Below, piece by piece: positions 47,380-61,239 of a DNA stretch of 64,000 bases. A model generated the notes under the pieces. That model worked only from the letters and a program-made list of their open reading frames with translations. It ran no database searches and was not told where the DNA came from. The stretch is from NCBI GenBank assembly GCA_050613775.1, contig JBODTK010000116.1, forward strand, positions 372,001 to 436,000, in the 5' to 3' direction. Both the position numbers and the translations under genes were made by a program. This DNA comes from Neocallimastix sp. 'constans' (taxonomy: Eukaryota). Positions within the stretch are counted from its first letter, which is position 1. Each line of letters starts with the position of its first letter.

Positions 47380-48320
47380 AATTGTAATTAGTTATATTAA
47401 TTATAATAATTTATCACATAAAATAATAATTATAATTATTTATTACTATTTTATTATTAATTATTATTTTATAATAATGATTATTATTCTATTTTTATAA
47501 TTTATGTATTTATATATTTATTATTATTATTATTAATTATTATTATTATTATTATTTATTATTATTATTATTATTATTTATTATTATTTATTATTATTAT
47601 TATTATTTATTATTATTATTATTATTTATTATTATTATTATTATTTATAAATAATAAATAGTAAAAATAATAATTAATACTAATAATAATAATAAATATA
47701 ATAATAATGATTATTATTCTATTTTTATAATTTACCTATTTATATATTTATTATTATTATTATTAATTATTATTATTATTATTTATTATTATTATTATTT
47801 ATAAATAATAAATAGTAAAAATAATAATTAATACTAATAATAATAATAAATATAATAATAATAATAAATTTATCACATAAAATAATAATTATTATAATTA
47901 TTTATTACTATTTATTAATTATTATTTTATAATAATGAATATTATTCTATTTTTATAATTTATGTATTTATATATTTATTATATTTATTATTATTATTAT
48001 TTATTATTATTATTATTATTATTTATTATTATTTATTATTATTTATTATTATTATTATTTATAAATAATAAATAGTAAAAATAATAATTAATACTAATAA
48101 TAATAATAAATATAATAATAATAATGATTATTATTCTATTTTTATAATTTACCTATTTATATATTTATTATATTTATTATTATTATTTATTATTATTATT
48201 ATTTATTATTTATTATTATTTATTATTATTTATTATTATTATTATTTATAAATAATAAATAGTAAAAATAATAATTAATACTAATAATAATAATAAATAT
48301 AATAATGATAATAATAAAAT
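47380..48320. repeat. Degenerate tandem duplications in low-complexity DNA
   Basis: ATAAATAATAAATAGTAAAAATAATAATTAATACTAATAAT recurs at about 47647, 47801, 48061 and 48248. Confidence 0.75.
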
Positions 48321-48819
48321 AATAATAATAAATAATAATAATAAAATAAATACAATGAAATAATTATATATTATTTTTTTATAATTACAATTATTTTATA
48401 CTGTTATTTTTATACTATTATTTTTTTATTATAATTACGATTTTTTTTTTAGGATTATTTTTATACTATTATTTTATTATTAATTGATACTATTATAATT
48501 ATTATTTCATTGTATTTATTTTATTATTATTATTTTATTATATTTATTTTATTATTATTATTATTATATTAAAATATTACTAATAATAAAATCCTTATAT
48601 AATATTATTAATTATAAAAAAAATATTATTCTAATTATTTAAAATGATATTATTAATTTAGGTATATTTATAGTAATAATCTCTTAATATTATTATTATT
48701 ATTATCTAATTAATTAAATAAAAATAAATTTTATAGTTTTAAATAATAAAATATTACTAATTAATATTTATTTTTTTTTTTTTTAAAGCTATTATTCTTA
48801 TTTATATTCGTAATATCTT

Positions 48820-49080
48820 TAAAAAAATAAATATTAAATTAAGTAAAACAGGAATATTGATAGATAAATAAATAAAACAATATTTTAATTAATAAAATAA
48901 TGAAATAATTAATAATAAAAAAGTGAATCTATTTTATTAATAATATTTTTAAAAAAATAAATATTAAATTAAGTAAAACAGGAATATTGATAGATAAATA
49001 AATAAAACAATATTTTAATTAATAAAATAATGAAATAATTAATAATAAAAAAGTGAATCTATTTTATTAATAATATTTTT
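48820..49080. repeat. 130-bp tandem duplication
   Basis: AAGTAAAACAGGAATATTGATAG at 48841 and 48971, with identical flanks. Confidence 0.9.
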
Positions 49081-49667
49081 AATAGTAAAAGAAATAATAA
49101 AAATGAGAGAATTAAGCCACTAAAAGTAATAATAATAATTTAATTATTAATTATCTTTCTATTATTCTATTAAATAATATTATTATAAATATTTTATTAT
49201 TATTTATTATTATATTTATTACATATTATATTTATTATTTATTATTTATTATTTATTATTATATTTTTTATATCTTTAAAATGTATTGGAAACTGTTATT
49301 TATATATCGATTTTTTATTAATATTTATTATTGATGATGTAAAAAAAAATATTAATATTAAACATAATATATGCATGATTGCTTTTTAATTTGTATTTAT
49401 AATCTATTTAATATTAATGTCCATTAAAGCTATCTGTAAATAAACAGTACAAAGTTTTCTATGTTATATTTTATTTTATTTATTAATATATTGATACAGA
49501 AAAATATGAGAAATACTCAAGAATATATCATAGCTGTTTTGTTGTTTATTTAATTTCTGGAGCTATTATAATTCAATTAAACAACATAGCTTTGATATTC
49601 AATCAACAATATATGAATATATATCAACTAATATATATGCATATATTTTTATATCAAATAATAATAT

Positions 49668-49807
49668 TCAATAAATAATAAATAATAAATAATAAATAAT
49701 AAATAATAAATAATAAATAATAAATAATAAATAATAAATAATAAATAATAAATAATAAATAATAAATAATAAATAATAAATAATAAATAATAAATAATAA
49801 ATAATAA
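49668..49807. repeat. (AATAAAT)n heptamer microsatellite
   Basis: About 20 units; the same heptamer recurs near 46460-46640 and as the complement near 19150-19300 and 61630-61700. Confidence 0.9.
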
Positions 49808-50585
49808 TGTTCAATTAAATAATGGAAGTATTTATTAATAAATAATTAATAATAAAGAATAAAGAATAATTAAATAATTAAATAATTTAATAATAATAAA
49901 TAATTGAATAATAAATAATAAATAATAATAAATAATAAACAGTAAATAATATATAAAAATAGTAATAATAATAATAAATAATAATAATAATAAATGATCA
50001 TTTAAATAATAATAGAAGTACTTATTAATAAAAAAGAATAAAGAAAATAAAGAAAATAAGGAATAAAGAATAAAGAATAATTAATAAAATAATAAATATT
50101 TAAATAATTATTAAATAATTAAATAATAAATAAATAATAAATAAATAATAAATAAATAATAATAAATAATAAATAATAATTAAAAAAATAATAAATAATT
50201 AAATAATAAATAAATAATAATAAATAATAAATAAATAATACTAATAAACCATCAAATTATAGGTGTATTTATTAATAAATATTAAATATTAAATATTGAA
50301 TATTGAATAATAAATAATTGAATAATAAATTAAATAATTAAAAAATAATAAATAATAAATAATTGAATAATAAAGAATAAAGAATAAAGAATAAAGAATA
50401 AAGAATAAAGAATAAAGATAAATATAATTAGAGTTTTACTTAATAATTATAAAACTTTTTTCTTTTTTTAAAACTTTTTTCTTTTTTTCTTTTTTCTTTT
50501 TTTAAACGTTAATTAATAATTTATATTTTATTGAGTGAAATTTATCATTTTGAAATACTTTTCCAAAGAATTAATAATAATAATA

Positions 50586-50662
<77 letters not shown>

Positions 50663-51370
50663 TAATAATAAAAATATTAAAATAACTAATAGCATCAATA
50701 AAATTAATTATTAATAAATAATAAAAGTATTTATTAATAATTAACTTTAAATATTTTTTTTAAATATTATCAAATATATGGTAGGACATATTATATATAT
50801 ATTATATAAATAATACAGTATATTTATATTTACAATTTATTGTATTATATCAATATAGATTAATATATTCATCATCTTTTTTTTTTTTAAAAAAATTTTA
50901 AGGTTAATAATTATCAAGAAATATCATAGTTACTATTACTTTTTAATAAAAATTTTATTAATTATTTTAATTAATAAAATAAAATAATTAAATATTTATT
51001 ATTAAGATTATATGAAATATTTAATTATATAATAATTAACCTATTTTGTAATATTTAAAGTATTAATTATAATTAAAAATCATTCCCAAAAAAAAAAAAA
51101 GTTAAATTAATTAAAAAACGATTTTATTAAAAACTATTTTATTAAAAACTATTTTATTAAAAACTTTTTTCGTATAAAATTTAAAATGTTTTTATTCTCA
51201 ATATATTTTTAGTCTTTTCGGAAGTTAATATCATTTGTTATATTTAGAGCTAATAAATCAAAAAAAAAAATAAAAAAATAAAAATAAAAAAAATAAAAAT
51301 AAAAAAATAAAAAATAAAAATAAAAATAAGAAATAATTCAAACTATATTAAACTAATTTCATAATTTAAA

Positions 51371-51402
<32 letters not shown>

Positions 51403-51410
51403 TATTAAAA

Positions 51411-52172
51411 ATGAAATTATCATCAAAATTATTAATCTTACTTTCATTTACTGGTATTTTATCTTCAACTATTCCTGAGAATGCTAAATATGCAATTAAT
51501 AAAATTAGTTATGAAGAAAATATTGAATGTTTTCAATTATTAACAAGTTATGAAGAATGTTTATTTAAAGAAATTACTAACCTAAAAATGAAAGATTATG
51601 ATGAAATCTGTAAAACTTATAATTCTGATAAATGTCAAAAATTATATAAGGAAGGTGTTGCTGGTTTTCCAGCTTGTAAAGAATTAGGTGAAGTCTTGTC
51701 TTTCCAAAATCAGGTAATTATTGATAAGGCTGATTATCTATTTCAAAGATATTGCTCAAAAGATGAAAATGATAAGTATTGTCCATTAAGTGAATATGAC
51801 TTTGAAGAAAAAGAGAGTAAAGAAGAATTTGACAATGCTATAAATCAAACTTGTAAATCTAGAAAATGTATAGATACTGCTATTGAATATTTCAACAAAG
51901 AAATTAATTTAGAAAATAAAGTTAATGAATTCCAAAGTAAAATTAAAAATAGTAATATGAAAAGACAATTTAATAGTAATGATTTAAAAAGTGAGGAGAA
52001 AAAAGAAGCCATTATTAATTTTTTAGAATCAGATTATTGCTCTTCTCAATCTCCAAAGAAGGAAATAGTTAAAGGTAATTCTAGGGAAATTTCAGAAAAT
52101 GATGCAATTTCACTTAATTATAGTGGTATCTTCTTTATTACTATTGCTTTACATTTATATTATTTAATTTAA
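51411..52172 (+). CDS. Secreted, probably GPI-anchored 10-Cys protein, paralog 1
   Basis: Signal-like N-terminus, CSKDENDKYCP and TCKSRKC motifs, hydrophobic C-terminus with no cytosolic tail. Confidence 0.9.
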   Translation: MKLSSKLLILLSFTGILSSTIPENAKYAINKISYEENIECFQLLTSYEECLFKEITNLKMKDYDEICKTYNSDKCQKLYKEGVAGFPACKELGEVLSFQNQVIIDKADYLFQRYCSKDENDKYCPLSEYDFEEKESKEEFDNAINQTCKSRKCIDTAIEYFNKEINLENKVNEFQSKIKNSNMKRQFNSNDLKSEEKKEAIINFLESDYCSSQSPKKEIVKGNSREISENDAISLNYSGIFFITIALHLYYLI

Positions 52173-52346
52173 ATATAAAACAAAGTAAAAAAGTTAACTT
52201 AAATAAAGTTCTTTTTAGTTTTATATTTATTCTTTATACATCATAAAATATTTATATATATATAATAATTTAAAATCATAGTTTAATATAAATATTTTTT
52301 TAATTTCAATTTAATTAGTATTTATATTTAAATAATTTTAATTATT

Positions 52347-52379
<33 letters not shown>

Positions 52380-52648
52380 TTTTTTTCTTTTTTGTAAAAT
52401 ATAAAAGAAGTTATTTTATTTATATATTTTTTTTTCTCTTTTAATATTAAACCATAATTATAGATAATTATAAAGTAAGAAATAGATATTCATTAATTGT
52501 ATATAATAAAAAAAAATTTTTTTAAAAAAAAATAATAAAATAAAATAAAATAAAATATAAATTATTCGTTTCTTTTATTATTATTATTATTATTATTATT
52601 TGATTTATATAAGCTATTTAAAATAATTGTTTTATTCATTCATGAAAG

Positions 52649-52686
<38 letters not shown>

Positions 52687-52834
52687 TTATTATTTTATTT
52701 TTTAATTGTTATAAAAATAATAATAATAATAATAACATATAATAATAATAATAATAATAATAATAACATATAATAATAATAATAATAATAACATATAATA
52801 AAGATAAAGTGTTTTAAATTTTATTAATCACAAT

Positions 52835-52869
<35 letters not shown>

Positions 52870-53684
52870 TTTTTATTTTTTTATTTTTTATATATTTATA
52901 ATAAATAGATAAATAAAATAAATAATAAATAAATAAATTAAATAAAATAAATAAATAGATGACAGATCAACGAATATAATATATAAATAAATTAAAATAT
53001 ATTTAATTGTATTATATTACAATATATTATATAATATAAATATTAAATATATTGAATACATGAAAAAAAATAATACAAATACAAAGTTAATATATACAAA
53101 TTTAGGTCATCCTAAATTTATTATAAAACTTTAATTATTATTAAAATAAAATTATTTGCCAATTTTTTTTATTTGAAATTTTTATTAATATAACTATTTG
53201 AAATATTTTTATTTTTTTTGCTTAATTTTTTTTTTTATATATATAAAATTTTGTATTGTTAATTATTTTAATTTTCGGTCATTAATATAATAAAAGAATA
53301 AAAAAGAAAAAGGAAAAAGTAAAATAATTTTATTAAATAAAAGTAAATAAAATAAAAGAAAAATAAATAAATAATAGAAAAATAACCTAAAGTAAATATA
53401 TATAAAAAAGAAAGAAAAAAGAAAGAAAGAAAGTAAAAAAAAAATATATATATATCATTTAAAAAAAAAATAAATAATATATAAATAAACAATTTTTACA
53501 AATTATATGATAAATTAAAAATCAATTTTTTAAAAAAATTTGAAAAAATCATAAATAAAAATTTATTTTTAAATTTAAGCAATCAATTAAAAAAAAAAAA
53601 ATAACAAATATTAAATTTATACATATAATACAACCATATTCTATTTCTAACTAAAGCATTAAAAGTCATATATTACTAATAACA

Positions 53685-54449
53685 ATGAAACCATTTTCAA
53701 AAATCTTTTGTTTTCTTTTTGCTGCTTCCACATTAGCTCTCCAGATTAATACTAATATCAACAATAAAAATGTAATCACTCAAATTACCTATGATGAAAA
53801 TGCGGATTGTAAAACTTCTATCGTTGAATATAAAGAGTGCTTTGCAGATAATAAGAGTAAAGTTAATTTAGAGATTATTGATGAAGTATGTGACAAATTT
53901 TTAACTGAAAAATGTAAAAAGTTCTATGAGGAAGGAATTTCTAAACTTAAAGGATGTGAAAAAATATCAGAGGAAATGTTAAATCAATATACTTTAAAAT
54001 ATGACATAAAAGGTATTGTACTTTCAGAACTTTGTTCCAGAGATGAAAATGGACAATATTGTCCAATAAGTAAATTTCTTCAATCTGGTTCAACGAATAG
54101 ACGTGAACTTGATGAATGCATTAATAATACCTGTAAATCCAAAAAATGTGTAGACGATGCTATCGATTATACTACTCGTGAAATGGATTTTGATAAAAGA
54201 TTAAATGATTTTCTAGATAAAACCACATCTTCTAATATAACTTCTTCATCTAATATAAAAAGACAATATGATGGTTCAAAAATTTCAGAAGAAGAAGAAA
54301 ATCAAGCTATTTTAGAATTTTTAAAATCTGATTATTGTTCTGCACATATTACAACTACAGCCAATTCAAGAAGCGCTGCTATTAGCACTATTCAATATAG
54401 TAATGTTTTATTAACCTTTATAGGTTTATTACTTTTCGCTTTAATTTAA
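53685..54449 (+). CDS. Secreted, probably GPI-anchored 10-Cys protein, paralog 2
   Basis: Same Cys spacing (CSRDENGQYCP, TCKSKKC); small-residue omega region and hydrophobic tail. Confidence 0.9.
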   Translation: MKPFSKIFCFLFAASTLALQINTNINNKNVITQITYDENADCKTSIVEYKECFADNKSKVNLEIIDEVCDKFLTEKCKKFYEEGISKLKGCEKISEEMLNQYTLKYDIKGIVLSELCSRDENGQYCPISKFLQSGSTNRRELDECINNTCKSKKCVDDAIDYTTREMDFDKRLNDFLDKTTSSNITSSSNIKRQYDGSKISEEEENQAILEFLKSDYCSAHITTTANSRSAAISTIQYSNVLLTFIGLLLFALI

Positions 54450-56947
54450 ATGTAAATAATTTTAATATATATTGAAGATTTTATAATGCAAAAAAAAAAA
54501 AAAAAAATTATTACGATATACTGAAAAAATTAGAAAAAAAAAAAATAAAAAAAAAGTATTAAAAATGGGAGTAATAATAAATAAAAATGAGAAAAATAAA
54601 TAATAGTGTATATTATATAATTTATAATTAATAAATTATAATAAAAATGAAAATCATATAATCAAAAAAAAAAAAAAAAATAAAAATACCAGTAGTAATT
54701 TAACCATTAAAAGATATTTATAAAAATTTAAAAGATTTAATAAAAGAAATTGAATTAGTAATAAATAATATATTTAATAATAGTAATAAAAAAATAATTA
54801 TTATAAAAATAATAATAATTTTCTTTTATTATAACTGATCTTAAATAATCTTAAGTGGATAAAAAAAAAAAGAAAAAAAAAATAAGAAAGAAATGAAAAA
54901 AATAATTATAGTTTTAAAAATTATTTTAAAGAGTTTTTTTTAGCAAATGAAATTGAATTACATAATATATTTTCGTTTGCATAATCAAATATATATATAT
55001 ATATATTTTTTTATTATTATTATTACTTTATCTTGTAATAAAAAAAATTAAAATATAAAATATAAAATATAAATAGTAATAAGAAAAAAATAAATAATTA
55101 AATAAATAATTAAATAAATAATTGCAGTTTAAAAAAAAAAAAAAATATTTTTAAGAGTTAAAATTTGAATGAAATTTAATGAAATATATATGATTATATA
55201 TTTATTATTATTATTTTTTTCTATTTGATTGTAAAATGAAAAATAAAAAAAAATCAAGAAAAAAAAAAAAAAAAAAAATATTACCTTAATTTTAATTAAA
55301 TAAAAATGTTATTATTCTTAATAGAAATAAAAAATAAGCTTTTTAATTAATTTTTTTTATTTTTTTTTTTTTTTTTTACAGATATAAAGTTAAGGAATAA
55401 ATAAATAAATATATAAATAAATAAATAAATAAATAAGAGAGAAAGAAACCAAAAATTATTTGTACATGAATTTCATTATATATTAGTTATAATTCTATTT
55501 ATATAAATAAAAGAGAGAATTTTTATTTTTTTTTTTTTTTTATATATTGATATAAATCTTAAGTATAAATGCATATAATTAATGGACTTTTCGAAATTAA
55601 TAAAATAAAATTTTAATAAATATCTAATAAAACCAATTAATAAAATAAAATTTTAATAAATATCTAATAAAACCAATAAGTATAAAATACGTAAAAATAT
55701 ATATATTTTTAGTTATTTTAGTTTATAAATTTACCATTATGTAATTAAAAAAAAAATTCTAATTAAATAAAAAATTAAAAAGATAAAAATAAAGAAAAGT
55801 ATACAAAATAAAGTGAAATAAATAAATAAAAAAAATATATATATATATTCTCTTTTTTTCTTTATTATATAATATTATAAATTAAATAAAAAAAAAATTT
55901 TTTTTTCTTAATTAATTAGAAATATAATATTATAAATTGAATAAAAACAAAAATTTTAATTTAAAAATTTACTTTATAATTATTAAAGATTTAATTAAAG
56001 GAAATATTTAAAAACTATTATTTTTAATTTTTTTTTTTTTTTAAAAAAAAATGAAATAAAAAACAATTTTGAATGTTTAAAGTTTCATTTATGGAAATAC
56101 AAGAAGTTCTTTTTTTTTTTTTCTATTTATTTATTTATTTATTTATTTCTATTATTTATTTATTCAAAATAAAAAAAAAAAAATACAACTTTTCACATTA
56201 AAAAAGTATTCAACAAAAAAAACATATGTACATATATATATATTACTTTTTTTCTAAATTATTAAAATATGTAGTATTAATTAATATTTTAAATGTTCAT
56301 TATTAATAAAAAAAAACATTTTCATTTTTAAATATATATTAAAAAAAAAAAATAAAATAAAATAAAAATTAATTAATTTTCTTTATTTATAATTAATACA
56401 AACATTTTTTTTTTTTTTTTATGGAATATATAATTTTAAACTTATTAAAAGTTTTTAACTTAAATTTTATTATTTAATATATTTACAATAGTAGTATAAA
56501 AAAAAAAAGACGCTATAATAATAACAATAATAACTATTACATAATATTTTTTCTTCTTAATTAGTTCTTTTTTTTATTTTATTATTTATTTATTTATTTA
56601 TTTATTATACACATAAATGTATATCAATTAATTTTGCATATGTAATTTGGTATTTTTTTTTTTTTTTTTTACTTTACACGCAAGAAAAAGTATAAAAGAG
56701 AATAAAAATTTTTAATTTAAATTTTTTTTTTTTTTATTATTATTATTATAATTATTACCAAAAAAAAAAAAAATAAAAAAAAAAAAAAAACGCCATTCTG
56801 TTATATATATATAAAAAAAAAAAAAAAAAAAAAAAAAAACATATTAATTATTTATATATAAAAAAAAAAATTAAACCATTTTCTTTATAATTTAGTATTA
56901 CACTATATTAAGTAAATAATTATTAATAATATATATAATAAGAAAAA

Positions 56948-58075
56948 ATGAAATTTACTACACGATTATTTATTTTAGCTGCAACATTTGTTACTCTTGT
57001 TTATTCTATTCCAACTGAAAATAGAGATGAAACAAAATCAAAAAATATTAATTGGAATGATATTAATTTAGATAGTATGGATCTCAATGAACTTAAGGAT
57101 ACTTTAAAAAATATTGCTAGTAATAAGACAAATGGTGATAAAATTGGATTAGAAAATATTAATTGGGATAATATTAATTTAAATAATATGGATCCCAATG
57201 ACCTTGAGGAAATTTTAAAAATTATTGCTAGTAATAAGTCACTTAATAATGAGACCGGATTAGAAAAGATTGATTGGAATGATATAAATTTAGATAATGT
57301 TGACCCCAATGACCTTGGGGACATTATTAGTAATATTGCTAGAGATAATGATTTCTCTTCAAATAACAGTACCAACATTACTTTAGATACTAACAGTGAC
57401 GCTTGTGAAAATGCATTGGACGACTATCAGGAATGTTTGATTGATAATATTGAATTCCAAAAAGGTGATGTTGATTATATTTGCTCCGTATACAATAGTG
57501 AAAAATGTCAAAAGCTATACAACGAGGGGGCAGTAATCATTCCTGAATGTCAAAAAATAGACGGTGTTTCGAAAACTTTATTAGATAATATGGTTAAAAT
57601 TAGTCAGCTTTCCTTATCCTTAAAATGTAGTAAAGATGAAAATGGCCAATACTGTCCACTAAATGAACTTGCACTATTAAATGATAGTGAAGAAGATGGT
57701 TTTATCACCTTTAAAAATGAAAGTACACTTTTTGATAACGCTCTCGGTAACACCTGTAAATCTAAAAAATGTACAATGACTTATACCGATGCTCTTTCAG
57801 AAATGAGGGCCTCAGAAGATGAAATTATTTCACTTCTTTCCCTACTAGATAATATAGATATTATTTCCATGAAAGAAAAGAGACAAATTAAAGATCAAGA
57901 TTTTGATCGAGAAAACGATAAATTATTAAGCCAATTGGAAGAATATTTGAAATCTAGTAATTGTACTCAATATTTTGCCAACGTTGAATCTGGAATCAGT
58001 CGTCCATCTTCCATTTTTAGAGTTATCCATGCCTTATTCATTAGTTTAGGCTTATTACTATTTATTTTAATTTAA
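56948..58075 (+). CDS. Secreted, probably GPI-anchored 10-Cys protein, paralog 3, with three N-terminal repeats of about 38 aa
   Basis: Same Cys domain (CSKDENGQYCP, TCKSKKC) preceded by I(N/D)WxxINLxxxDxNxLxxxxxxIA three times. Confidence 0.9.
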   Translation: MKFTTRLFILAATFVTLVYSIPTENRDETKSKNINWNDINLDSMDLNELKDTLKNIASNKTNGDKIGLENINWDNINLNNMDPNDLEEILKIIASNKSLNNETGLEKIDWNDINLDNVDPNDLGDIISNIARDNDFSSNNSTNITLDTNSDACENALDDYQECLIDNIEFQKGDVDYICSVYNSEKCQKLYNEGAVIIPECQKIDGVSKTLLDNMVKISQLSLSLKCSKDENGQYCPLNELALLNDSEEDGFITFKNESTLFDNALGNTCKSKKCTMTYTDALSEMRASEDEIISLLSLLDNIDIISMKEKRQIKDQDFDRENDKLLSQLEEYLKSSNCTQYFANVESGISRPSSIFRVIHALFISLGLLLFILI

Positions 58076-58335
58076 ATTTTATTTTAAAATTAATAACTAA
58101 TTATAATTAAGAAAATTAAAAAAAAAAAAGTAAAGAAAAAAAAAGAAAAGAAAAGAAAAAAGTCGAAATATATATTAATGTTTTGGTTAAAAAAAAAAAA
58201 AAAAATTATTACTATTAAATTATTCACCATTTTCTTATTTTTTTGAAATTTTTAATAGTAATTTAGAGATAATGAATCCTCTAATTTAAATTTTTGAATT
58301 TATATAATTATTATTTAAAAATAATTATTATTATA

Positions 58336-58376
<41 letters not shown>

Positions 58377-60158
58377 TCAATTTTTTTTTCTTATTTTTCA
58401 ATTAAATATAAAAATTAATAATAAACATAAATTCTATATATTATTACTTTTATATATTTATATATATTTATAATTTTAATTGTTTGAAAGCTCTATTATG
58501 AAATTTTTTTTTTTTTACTTATATAACTTTTTTTTTTTTTTTTTTTTTTTTTGATGATAGTTAACTTGGAAATAATGAACTATTATAATTTTATGTATTT
58601 TTATATTATTAAAAAAAAAAAAAATTTTTTTTTTTTTTGAAAATATAAACATTAAAATATGATATAATAAAATTTTATAATATATTTAAATTAAAATGTG
58701 TATATGTATATATTTCTTATAATTTTATCAACTATAGAACAAGTGAAAACATTTATAATATAGTATAAGTAAATTACCAATATCCGATATCATTTTAAAT
58801 ATTAATATCATCACTAATATTAATTAAAATAAATTTAGTGATAAGAATTCAATATCCTTATTATTATAATAATATTTGCCAAAAAAAAAAAAAAAAAAAA
58901 AAAAAAGAAAGAAAAATATATATGTGAATGATTATTTCTGTTAGGGATGTTATAATCATTTATATTATTTTATATTAATTTTGTAAAAAAAAAAAAAAAT
59001 AAATTACTAAAATATTTTTTTATTCATTATTTATTGTTATATATATATTGTGGATTAAATAAGGTTAAGGAATGTATGGTTAGATTTTAATATGATTGAT
59101 ATTGTATTGATAATAAATTTAAAATTTAATTAATTAGATTTTTGATAAGGAAAAAAAAAAAAAAAAAAAAGAAAAAGAAAAAAAAGGGAAAAAAATAATA
59201 ATATTATAATTAGTATTAGTATTCATAAAAGTATTTCATATGAAATATTATTAAAAAATTAAAAAGCTCAAAGTAAAAAATTTTAATTTATCATATATTT
59301 ATAATAAAAAAATAAATAAATCAGTATAATAAAAAGAAAAAATAATAATATTATTATTAATAATAATAAAAATGATGATAGTAAAAAAAATTTAATTTAA
59401 AATTTAATTAAAAATAAAATTTTTTTAGTTTAAAAATTTTGTCTAATTTAACATTTTTTTTTTAACTTTAATCTCAATTATTTAATAGTAACAATAATAT
59501 ATTGATAATATTAATAATACAATAATTCATAATAATTAATTATTGGCAAATAACATTTTATATTAAATCTATTTGGTTAGTTATTATATCATAAAATTAA
59601 CACCTTTCCTTACAATATTTTTTTTGTTATAATTATTATATAATATTCTTTTTTATCTAACAAATTTTCTTTTTTTTTTTTTTTTTAACTTTTATTAATC
59701 GCAATTATTTAATAATAATAACAATAATAATAATATATTAATAATATTAATCATACTACAATTAATGCTTTCCCTTACATGTTCTTAGAATTTTTTTTTA
59801 TTAGAGTCCCGCCTAGGCTATAATTATTATATACATTAAAAAAATGTTTTAATGATTTAATTTCTTTAAGATTAATATTTATTTTATAAAATTTTCAATT
59901 CTCAATTGTCATCTAATTTAAATAAAAGTCATTTAATTAATAATAACAATATGAAATTATAAATATTAATATTTTTAAATAAATCTATTTTATAATATTT
60001 TATAATATATATAAATTAATATAATTATAATTCTTCTGTCTCCCCTAAAAAGATATATATTATCATCTTCACACCATAGATTAAGTATTTACTTTTAAAT
60101 CCATCTAATTATATTTTTTATTATTATTAAATATTTAAAATAAAGTTTATAAAAAAGT

Positions 60159-60196
<38 letters not shown>

Positions 60197-60444
60197 TATT
60201 AAATATTATTTTAATATAAATTATTGGAAAATAGGAAAATTGTAAATATAAAAAATTTATCATCATCAAAAAAAAAAAAAAATTAAATATTAATATTTCT
60301 GTAGTATATTTATATTTATTTTTTAACTTCTGATTCATCCCTCATAACTAGTTTTTTTTATTGATTACATATTATTATATTATTATAAAAAATAAAAAAA
60401 AAATTAAAAATAAAAATAATAAAAATAAAAATAAAATGAAAAAA

Positions 60445-60509
60445 AAAAGAATATATTATATATTTAATTAAAAAAAAAAAAAAAAAAAGAATATATTATA
60501 TATTTAATT

Positions 60510-60553
<44 letters not shown>

Positions 60554-60920
60554 ATATATTATATATTTAATTAATTAAAAAAAAAAAAAAAAAAAAACCC
60601 TCACGAATCTAACTTACATCTATTCATTTAGTAGTCATTAGTTATATATAAAATACTTCTGATATTGGATAATAATGGTCATTATTATTAGATATCAAAG
60701 AAAATTTATTATTCCTCAAAAAAAAAAAAAAAAAAAAAAAGAATATATTATATATTTAATTAATTAAAAAAAAAAAAAAAAAAAAAAAAAAGAAAAAAAA
60801 CCCTCACGAATCTAACTTACATCTATTCATTTAGTAGTCATTAGTTATATATAAAATACTTCTGATATTGGATAATAATGGTCATTATTATTAGATATCA
60901 AAGAAAATTTATTATTCCTC
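60445..60920. repeat. Tandem duplication of about 220 bp with poly-A-bounded subrepeats
   Basis: CCCTCACGAATCTAAC...ATTCCTC at 60598 and 60801; GAATATATTATATATTTAATT recurs four times between A-runs. Confidence 0.88.
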
Positions 60921-61239
60921 TTCTAACTGTAAACAAGTATCATATAATAAAATTGCTAATAATGTAAAAATTATAATAATAATAATAATAATAATTCATA
61001 TATAAATATATTGAAATAATATAAAATTTATATAAACTAATTTACAACTATTCTTCTTAAGTTTATTATTTTTTATATATTATAATAAATATTATTTATT
61101 ATTACTAGTCATAATTATTAATTATTATTAATTATTATAATATTTTAATGATTTATTATTATTTATAATTATTCATTTTTTTTTTTTTAATTTATAATTA
61201 TTATTTATTATTATTCATTATTAATAAAAGTAATAATTT

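Noticed and set aside
49520..49600. Imperfect hairpin (TGTTGTTT/AAACAACA with flanking AGCT and TATCA/TGATA)
   Set aside because: Short and AT-rich; not distinguishable from chance by eye.
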